From positions 81,840,001 to 81,904,000 of the forward strand of contig NC_043001.1 of NCBI RefSeq assembly GCF_006345805.1: a stretch of DNA of 64,000 nucleotides, given 5' to 3'. A program made the translations under genes and the position numbers. The DNA is from Octopus sinensis (Eukaryota). Numbering within the stretch: position 1 is the first letter of the stretch; each line of letters starts with the position of its first letter. Shown here one piece after another: positions 53,992 to 64,000 of this stretch. The notes beneath the pieces were generated by a model. That model had not been told where the DNA came from. It saw only the letters and a program-made list of their open reading frames with translations, and did not search any database.

Positions 53992-54361
53992 ATAAACGGC
54001 AGTTTGTCTGTGCGTTTTCTGTGTGTCTGTTTTCTCGTACCCTCACTCTGACCACGGCTTTCAACCGATTCTGATGAAACTTGACACACACATAGCCCAA
54101 TGTCATAATTCAAAACTAACGCAGCGAAAATTTTGAAAAGTTCTCCCAGTTCTGAAAAAAATCGATAAATTCGACATGGGGTCGAGAATCATAAACCCAA
54201 ACCACAGACCGTCTAGGGGACGCAACTCCACCTTTTTAATCTCAAAAAAATTTACCATAATTTTTTTCCATTTTTTTGCTATTTTTTGGCTATAACTCTC
54301 TAAAAATGCTTTATTGTTATTTCCCTTACAAACCTGAGCAACGCCGGGCGATACTGCTAGT
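53992..54361 (-). mobile_element. Helentron/HINE-like element, sister of 28438-28800
   Basis: Near-identical reverse complement, in (TA)n. Confidence 0.65.
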
Positions 54362-56169
54362 ATATATATATACAGTGCCACCTGACTGGCTCCTGTGCTG
54401 GTAGCACGTAAAACGCACCCACTACACTCTCAGAGTGGTTGGCATTAGGAAGGGCATCCAGTTGTAGAAACATTGCCAAATCAGACTGGAGCCTGGTGCA
54501 GCCTCCTGGCTTGCCAGTCCTTAGTCAAACCATCCAACCCATGTCAGCATAGAAAGCAGACATTAAACAACAATGATGATGATGATGATGATGATACACA
54601 CATTCATGTACACACATAAGTATACGTGTGTCTTTGTGGTTGGTCCCCCAGCATAACTTGACAGATGGTATTTGTTTGCTTACATCCCCGTAACTTAGCA
54701 GTTCAACAAAAGAAACTTGACTTTAAGAAAAACAAAGAATTAGTGCTGGCATTGATTTGTTTGACTAAGATCTATGGTGGTGGTGCTGTAGCATGGTCGC
54801 AATCCAATGACTAAGACAAAAGTAAAAGACAAAATATAAAAAATACTAACAAAAACAAAAATGAAAAATAAATAAATAAAAATGGAATTTCTGAGAAATT
54901 CTTCTTGTCAGAATTATATTTCTGGTTTTAATCCACCCCCAGACACCCACCCTCACTTTCTCCTGTCTATTCAACCTATTCAAACCAATCAACTTCCATT
55001 GTTAAGCAAAAATATCTCTGCTTTCGTTTGTAGCATTAATAATGCTATAATTGTAGTTTAGTTTTTGTACTTCCTATCTGCATTCTTCCTCTTTGGTTAG
55101 AGTTAAATATATCTGCTGATGCACTTTCACCATGCACCTTACTGCACTCACACCAGCGTACTCCCCCACCACCACCACCACCAATACCACCATCAACACT
55201 GACACTACGCTAACACAACCTTAAACATAGCAGAAACAACAGTAACTCCGAAAACAATTTCACCTTCGCTGATTGATTCATTGTAATGTGTCGACCCATT
55301 TATACCTCTCAACTTCTGTCATTTCGAGTTATGTGCTTTCCAACTTTTATTTTTATTGTTTTAATGAAATCAATGCGAAAAATAAACCTCAGCCTCAGTC
55401 AATTTATTCTGCTTTAAGCCAATCTCAGCAAATATATTATATTTAAAAGCATAAAAACTTTTACTCTAAAAAAAATCAGAATCATTACGGCTATATCATG
55501 TTGAAAGCGTCACACATACAGGCGCAGGAGTGGCTGTGTGGTAAGTAGCTTGTTTACCAATCACATGGTTTCGGGTTCATTCCCATTGCGTGGCACCTTG
55601 GGCAAGTGTCTTCTACTATAGCCTTGGGTCGACCATAGCCTTGTGAGTGGATTTGGTAGACAGAAACTAAAAGAAGCCATTCATATATATGTGTATATAT
55701 ATATATATGTGTGTGTATGTTTGTGTGTCTGTGTTTGTCCCCCCAACATCGTTTGACAACCGATGCTGGTGCTTCTACGTCCCCGTAACTTAGTGGTTCA
55801 GCAAAAGAGACCGATAGAATAAGTACTAGGCTTACAAAGAATAAGTCCTGGGGTCGATTTGCTCAACTAAGGGCAGTGCTCCAGCATGGCCGCAGTCAAA
55901 TGACTGAAACAAGTAAAAGAGAAAGAGAAGGGATTACAAGACCAGGCTTTTGACATAAGAACTTATCCCCCAGGGCACTGCTTTTCCATTTTGTCTATTC
56001 AGGTCACGAAGCAAACTGACAAGCCTTTTAGATATTACTTGTTACTTCTTTAACTGTTTTTATATGTTATGCCACTTTTCAAGCTAAGTCGCATGTCTTG
56101 GAACCAATTACTAAGTTGAGGTATTCCTGTACTTCAAAAATACTACACTGATGCTCATACACTAAGGCC

Positions 56170-56452
56170 ATGCATCACACCGACAAAGAAAGGTAAGAAG
56201 TAAGGTTTCCTTCCCGAGTCACTCCGACTCATAAAGGCCAGTTTCCCAATCTCCATGGCGCATATATTCCCCACCTGGATGGGACGCTGGTCCGTCTCAG
56301 GGTTACACATTTTGACCAGCTGAATGGACTGGAGTAACGTGAAATGAAATGTTTTGCTCAAGAACACAATGCACCGCTCAGTACAGGAATCGAAACCACA
56401 ATCTTGCAATTATAAATCCAACACCCTAACCACTAAGCCACGCACCTCCACA
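56170..56452 (-). mobile_element. SINE-C copy, followed by SINE-B at 56495-56710 (-)
   Basis: Family motifs. Confidence 0.8.
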
Positions 56453-57260
56453 CTGCACTAGCATAGACTGAGACATGAGGCACCCACACAGAGACATATT
56501 TCTTTATTGCCCACAAGGGGCTAAATATAGAGGGGACAAACAAAGGGATTAAGTCAATTACATCGACCCCAGTGCACAACTAGTACTTAATTTATCCACC
56601 CCGAAAGGATGAAAGGTAAAGTCGACCTGGGCGGAATTTGAACTCAGAACGTAAAGACAGACGAAATACCGCTAGGCATTTCACCTGGCGTGCTAACGTT
56701 TCTGCCACACAGAGACATGCTGCCATACTCCAAGACACCACAACATACCAACTCCAAAACATTTCACCCTTACACTTCAAAAGTACCATGCCTAACCTAC
56801 ACCCGTACACTAAGACACTGCACTCACACTGACATACCAACATATTACAGGTACAAACAGACACCTTCTCCCCTATGCACATACACTCATGCTGCCACAC
56901 TTCAAGATACAACAGGCATATTAGCACCAAAGTGTCACACCTTCACCGAGACACTCTAACATTTTTTACCAATACACACCAAAACACTACCTGCACACTA
57001 ATACACAAAGGCTACGCACACACACATCACTCTATTGTGTAGTATGTAATCCTTTTTCATAGACATTATTCTACATGTCTTCTCTACACCTATATTATCA
57101 CAATCAAAAACACTGCACCACTGAAAAGTACCATATTCATATCATCATATTTCAATACACATTCTAATGACTATAACCAGTTTAGTAATATGACTGAAGA
57201 TTAAAGTAGTAATTACACGAATTAATGACTTTAGATGATGGAAGGAACAAGAGACAGAAA

Positions 57261-57309
<49 letters not shown>

Positions 57310-58247
57310 GTGGAAGACCTAGAAATACTAGCTGAAGAGAGGCTTCTGAGAGGTAGATTGATGAGGTGAGCCTCTGAGACAAACTCAATAAATGTTCAAG
57401 AATGATATGAGTGGACCCCTAAGAAGTGACCACACAAAGAGAACCACACAGAAATCTTTAAAAAAATTTATCAAAAGTAGAACATATGGTTATGTTTATA
57501 TAAAGTCCATTGCGTGTTTTTTTTTGTTGTTAGTTTTATTAAACAAATAAAGGCGAGCAGAAAAAAAAAAAAAAAAACCCCGGCATCAATATAGAAAGGT
57601 TTAAAAAAAAAGTAACCGAAGTAAAAATAAATGAAAACAAAAAAAAAAAGGTGAGAGATTTATGTTATAAAAATTTAGAAACTTCAAGTGAACTTGAAAC
57701 AATTTATTTTAACTACAGAACTCAAAATAGATTATGCTATAATAATAGTATGTAAATACTGGTTTAAAAAATTTGGAAGTTACCTTCTGGATAAAAAGGA
57801 TTTTAGAGTAATATTAACATACTATTATTTATAGTTTTGTCTATCTTGTGCTCTACAGTTAAAAACAGATTATTTTCGAGATGAGACATATTTAGCTCTG
57901 CAGCATCTGGACTCGCCATATCTTGCCAAAATATTTTACCTGTTTTATAGTTAAATTGACCTGATCCTACCTCTCACATGTACCATACAATGTCATTTTA
58001 AAAATAAACAATCACAACACCAAAACGTTGAAGCTGCGAGAATGCATGATTAATCAATTCAAAAACGATGTGAATATATAAGCATTACATTTGACAGAAT
58101 AATTTGAATTGTTAAAGGGTTATGTATTGATGGCAAAGTTAGTTGTTAGGCAAATAATAAGCTACAAAGGTGTGTGATACAAAGGTCACACGTGTGAGTA
58201 TATATATGTATATATATTGGCTTCATCAATGCCACAACAAACTTTAC

Positions 58248-58286
58248 CTAAGGATTTCCTCTCCAAAGTCCGCATTTTGTTGCCAT
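58248..58286 (-). CDS. Candidate 39-nt symmetric (phase 1-1) cassette exon, (x)GNKMRTLERKSL(E)
   Basis: Acceptor ttgatttttttataactgcag, donor TAG|GTAAAG. Open in the phase required to precede the 21214 exon. No homology recognised. Confidence 0.4.
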   Translation of the reverse strand: MATKCGLWRGNP

Positions 58287-58942
58287 CTGCAGTTATAAAA
58301 AAATCAACAATAATTAAAAAAAAAAACAGGGTCTCGAAGAATTTGTGGCAATTTTGAATTAGTACGAGGTGATTACCAAAATGAATGACTGAAGGAACCT
58401 CTTCAGATTAATGCCAACCTAATACAAAGATGTTAACAAAAATGTGGGAGTAATAATTTTTTTTTTTTAAATAGGGAACAAGGAGTTGGAAATAAGTACG
58501 TGGGATTTGCTTAAGCCTTTTGACATCACACTGCTTTAAAATTATCCTTTCTTTTTTTTTCTTTTACTTTTATTTGTTTCAGTCATTTGACTGCAGCCAT
58601 GCTGGAGCACTGCCTTTAGTCGAGCGAATCAACCCCAGCACTTATTCTTTGTAAGCCTAGTACTAATTCTATCGGTCTCTTTTTGCCAAACTGCTAAGTT
58701 ACGGAAAACTAAACACACAGCGATGTTGTGGGGACAAACACAAACACACATATATTAATATACATATATACGACGGGCTTCTTTCAGTTTTCGTCTACCA
58801 AATCCACTCACAAGGCTTTGGTCGGCCAGAGGCTATAGTAGAAGACACTTGCTCAAGGTGCCACGCAGTGGGACTGAACCCAGAACCATGTGGTTGGTAA
58901 GCAAGTTACTTACCACACAGCCACACCTGCACCTATTTTGTG

Positions 58943-59062
58943 ACGCTTACAGCACTTAGGTTTCCCAAGCGGTTACCCATCTAAGTACTAACTAGGCTTG
59001 ATGTTGCTCAACTCCAGTGATCGGAAGAGAACCAGTGCTTTCAATGCAATAAGGCCGTAATT
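58943..59062 (-). pseudogene. 5S rRNA-derived copy, diverged (pseudogene or SINE3-type head)
   Basis: Reverse complement attacggccttattgcattgaaagcactggttctcttccgatcactggagttgagcaacatcaagcctagttagtacttagatgggtaaccgcttgggaaacctaagtgctgtaagcg follows the 120-nt metazoan 5S sequence end to end with many substitutions. Confidence 0.85.
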
Positions 59063-61039
59063 TTATATTCAAAACCCCCACAGTATCAATATGATCATAG
59101 CATTATTTTAATCACAACCAAAATTTTGATATTGCATAAATGATGACAAGCCTAGAATTTATGCCAATGTTTCACCAATCTACAATACTTTCGGCAGACA
59201 CAGAACATCACTAGTTTCCTTGGATACAACTTTTTTTTTTTTGCAACAGAAAAAGTGAATATGACCATAAAGAGTTGACTAATTTACAAGATGAGTGTCT
59301 GACAAACCTGCTCCATTGTTTCAGTTGATTGAGTCAAAGGACAAAAGAGATGGCTCTCAGGTTTATTTAGATAATGCTGTACAATTTTAAAACAAGGCCA
59401 TACTGGATGATGTAGTCTTAGACTTAAAAAAAGAAGTTGACAAACTGGAAGAATTGGATAGAATATCCTGTCCTATTCTTTAAAAATAAGCAAATCATAG
59501 TTTAATAATTGTGTCATAATGCTGGTTTCAAATTTTGACACAAGGCCAACAATATTTGGGGATGGGTGCTAGTCAATTACATCAACCCCAAATGTTCAAC
59601 TGGTACTTATTTTATTGGTCCTGAAAGCATGAAAGGCAAAGTCGACCTTGGCAGAATTTGAACTCAGAACATAAACACAGATGGAATACCGCAAAACAAC
59701 AACACACACACACATACACTCGACAGGCTTCTTTTAGTTTCTGCTAACCAAGTCCACTTGCAAGGCTTTGGTTGAATTGGGGCTATAGTAGAAAGCACTT
59801 GCCCAAGGTGCCACACAGTGGGACTGAACCCAAGACCATGTAATTGGGAAATCAAACTTCTTACCACACAGCCATGCCAACAACAGAATAATGTAAATAC
59901 TAAAGGGCTAACAATTCCATTCACACCTTTATAGGAATGTCACATTGACATCAGTACTTGATTAAGCACTTTATTTTATCAACGTAGTGGGATTTGAACT
60001 TATTGAGAGTAACTTTGCTTTTGTCTTTTTGGGATCAATAAAATACCAGATGGCGAGCTGGCAGAAATGTTAGCACACCAGGCACATTGCTTAGCAGTAT
60101 TTCATCTGTCTTTACACTCTGAGTCCAAATTCCGCCAAGGTCAACTTTGTCTTTCATCTTTCCAAGGTTGATAAATTAAGTACCAGTTGCATACTGGGGT
60201 CAATCTAATCGACTGTCCCACCAAAAATGTCGGGCCTTGTACCTAGAGTAGAAAAGAATTAAATACCAGACCACTCCTAGTGTTCAATGTCTTTTCTCTC
60301 TTTTTCAGGTTTGCACCCATATTCAACGACGCAATCCAGAGAAAGGTGTACTTCAAAGGCCCAGCCTTGTTACACTGTATCACATTAATTCTTAACTTCC
60401 TGTTAGACACAGTACCAGGCAGAAATGCATCAAGTCAGCCAATCTTGAAATGCATGATATCACAAGAATTATACTAATGTTGTTTCCATTTATTGTGGAA
60501 AAAAGAGAACTAGTCTGTAAATATAATGGAGAGCAAACTTTTATCCTTTCGTCTATCACTGACTTTGTTCTGCAATAGAATTATTACAAGACTGGGCTTT
60601 TGACTAGAAAAATTTTCAGCAGAAAGTTAAGAATTAAAGGTCTGGGTATTGAGGACTCAGCTACTCAAAAATTAATTTCCTGAGTAGGAATTCACTTATC
60701 TAAAATAATTGAACACTCATCAGCAAGACTGACAGAGAATAGACACAATACAAAAAAAAACAGAGGTCCGCAATAACTACTAAAATACCATTGTTTTTAA
60801 CTCCAGGTGACATCATGTCACTGAACAGACCTATGATCAAAGGCATCCCAGCCATGACTATAACCTATGACTAGTGTCCAATGTGTGTGTCATTTATTTG
60901 TAAATGACAGGTACTATTTCTGTTAGGTCAAGTGACTACATAGAAGCTGTTTCATTGGCCAAAGCTGGAATGCCTTTGATCACAGATTTTCTCAATAATG
61001 GCTAACAACAACATTACATTTCACTAGTTCCCAACCTCT

Positions 61040-61236
61040 CACAATTTCTGTATCTATTTCTCTCTATCTAACTATCCATAAATTTATCTATCTATTTCTC
61101 TCTCTCTCTATCTATCTATATATCTATTTCTCTCACTGTCTATCTATATATCTATTTCTCTCTCTCTCTCTATCTATCTATATATCTATTTCTCTCTCTA
61201 TCTATCTATATATCTATTTCTCTCTCTCTCTATATA

Positions 61237-61277
<41 letters not shown>

Positions 61278-61282
61278 ATATC

Positions 61283-61319
<37 letters not shown>

Positions 61320-61358
61320 ATATCTATTTCTCTCTCTCTATCTACCTATATATATATC

Positions 61359-61395
<37 letters not shown>

Positions 61396-61692
61396 ATATC
61401 TATTTCTCTCTCTCTATCTACCTATATATATATATCTATTTCTCTCTATCTATCTATTTCTCTCTCTCTATCTATATATCTATTTCTCTCTATCTATCTA
61501 TCTATATATCTATTTCTCTCTCTCTATCTACCTATATATATATATCTATTTCTCTCTATCTATCTATATATCTATTTCTCTCTCTCTATCTATATATCTA
61601 TTCCTCTCTCTCTATCTATATATCTATTTCTCTCTCTCTCTATCTATCTATATAACTATTTCTCTCTCTCTCTATTTATCTACCTATATATC

Positions 61693-61737
<45 letters not shown>

Positions 61738-62310
61738 AGCTATAAATCTATTTTTCTATCTGTCTATTATACACAATCTACCTTACAGTTTCTCTTTCAC
61801 TTCATTATTTGTGTCCAATTCTCTCTTTCTCTCTCTCTATGTATGAAATCAATGTCCACATCTTTCTCTTTACCTCATTAACTGTCTATCACTCTTTCTC
61901 TGAGCCTTATATATATATATATATATACATTTCACTTTTTCTCTCTCTATAACATTAACTATCTCTCTTTCTCTGAGCCTAACATATATATCTCCCACTC
62001 TCCCTACTTATTTATCTATATACCATAAAGTCTATCTCTCTCTGAGTCTAACATACACCTCTTCTCTCTCTCTCTCAGCCTAACATACACATCTCCCTCC
62101 TTCCCTATCTATCAATCTATCTATATATCATAAAGTCTCTCTTCAAGTCTAACATACACCTCTTCTCTCTCTCTCTCTCTCTCTCAGCCTAACATACACA
62201 TCTCCCTCCCTCCCTATCTATCAATCTATCTATATATCATAAAGTCTCTCTTCAAGTCTAACATACACCTCTTCTCTCTCTCTCTCTTTCTGAGTAACAT
62301 ACACCACACC
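61040..62310. repeat. Compound CT/TA microsatellite array (61040-61760) and a tandem repeat of about 90-130 bp (62020-62310)
   Basis: Direct reading. Confidence 0.85.
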
Positions 62311-62578
62311 TCTTTCCCTCTCTCTTTCCCCTCTTTCTTTCTATGACAGTATGTCTTTCCTTATGTCCCACTTACCTCATTTCTCTCTTTCTCTCTCTCT
62401 CTACCACATCTCCCCATCTCCTACCACCACCACCTCCACCACAACAGCTGATAGTTTATTAGTCTTACAATATCACTGATGTAAAAAGAAAAAGACACAT
62501 AGCTGTCGAGGACACACTACACTGCACATCAGTTATTATTTCATGCTCTGGAACACACACAGCTGTGGCTGAAAGCTC

Positions 62579-62830
62579 ACTATTACACATACTATATATT
62601 CTATAGCTTCTGATACCACCACCACCACATACTACTATTACACATACTATATATTCTATAGCTTCTGATACTGCCACCACCCTCTACTACAACTATTACA
62701 CACTATATATTTTATAGCTTCTGATACCACCACCACTACTACTTCTACTACTACTACTACACATACTATATATTCTATAGCTTCTGATACCGCCACCACC
62801 ACCACAACTACTACTACTACTACTACAACT
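62579..62830. repeat. Tandem repeat of about 55-70 bp (cacatactatatattctatagcttctgatacc...), 4 copies
   Basis: Direct reading. Confidence 0.85.
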
Positions 62831-64000
62831 ACTACACATACTTATATACTATAGCAGCTGCTGCTAATACTACATACACACACAGATATACTACAGCTAC
62901 TGCTACTACTATTACTACACGATAACTATGGCTGGTACTACTACTATTGCTACTACACACACAGTTACTATAGCTGTTGTTGCTGTTGCTGCTACTACTA
63001 CTACTACTACTACTACAAATATACACCATGGCTGCTTCCACAACTACTTCATGTATATATTTATCTATACTATAGCTGCTACACACATATACACACACAT
63101 ACTTATCTATACACACACACATATCTATACACATACATATCTATACACATACACATATCTATACACACACACATACATATCTATACACATACACATATCT
63201 ATACACACACACATACATATCTATACACACACGCACACACTCATACACACACACATGTACATCATATATACACACATACACACATTATAGCTACTACCTG
63301 TACTCTACAAACTGCTGAGGTAACAAACCAAGAGAGTCACTTAAGCGTGGGATGGAATGCTATGCTGCATTTGTTCCGGCTCCATACGTTCCGAGTTCAA
63401 ATACCAACTTTACCTTTTAGCCATTCTTTCAAGGTTGATAAAATACAGCACCAAACAACCCGGAGCAGCAGACTGACAGAATTGTTAAAACATTGGATGA
63501 AATGCCTTGTGGTATTCGTTCCAGCTTTTTTACATTGTGAGTTAGTAAGTGGCAGCCTTAACTGCGAGTTCAAACCAGCAACCCTGCCTTGAGGACCCGA
63601 CCTCACATCAAAATATCTTATCAAGCTACATCATCATAATCATCATTTAAAGTGTATCTTCCATGCTGGCATGGGTGGGACCGTTTGACAGAGAGTCCGC
63701 AGGTTCAAGGCACTCCAATCTTTTATCTTTTATTCGTTTCAGTCATTGGACTGTGGCCATGCTGCAACACTGCCTTAGAAAATTTTGGTAAAATGAATCG
63801 ACTCCAGTACTTACTTTTTTAAACAACTGGTACTTATTCTATCGGTCTCTTTTGCTGAACCACTAAGTTATGAGGACATAACACACCAATACCAGTTGTC
63901 AAGCAGTGGATGGGGGAAATTACAGACAAAGACACACACACATAGACATCATATATACTTTTCTACTCTAGGCACAAGACCAGAAATTTTGGGAGAGGGG

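Noticed and set aside
38771-59376. Other minus-strand exon-like bits: 38771-38796, 51141-51165 and 59308-59376
   Set aside because: Plausible AG/GT pairs but no homology, and they cannot be chained unambiguously; expected by chance in 40 kb.

Overview
AT-rich, repeat-saturated animal DNA. The SINE/RTE/CR1/Penelope/MITE mix and microsatellite load look like an octopus (coleoid cephalopod) genome; this is inferred from memory of repeat families, not from a search. No ORF in the supplied track is a real host gene: they are microsatellite, SINE or LINE read-throughs. Reading splice signals directly gives two minus-strand coding exons, 21214-21163 (52 nt) and 7386-7289 (98 nt). They splice in frame to [49 protein letters not shown](G), an ankyrin-repeat segment matching the N-terminus of Caskin (Caskin/ANKS1 family). 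Almost the whole window is therefore probably intronic to one large minus-strand gene. Three tRNA-type SINE families recur and are given local labels here: A (ggcgcaggagtggctgtgtgg), B (ggcggcgagctggcagaa) and C (ggaggcgcatggcctagtgg). Best leads: a frame-preserving 39-nt candidate cassette exon, a candidate internal first exon, a 5S rRNA copy abutting a SINE, SINE-B multimers with a fixed junction, 2x2 modular SINE-C variants, long fold-backs (possible ADAR substrates), and an 8-bp-TSD MITE family carrying TTAGGG motifs. I saw no CRISPR array, operon or other prokaryotic-type system.
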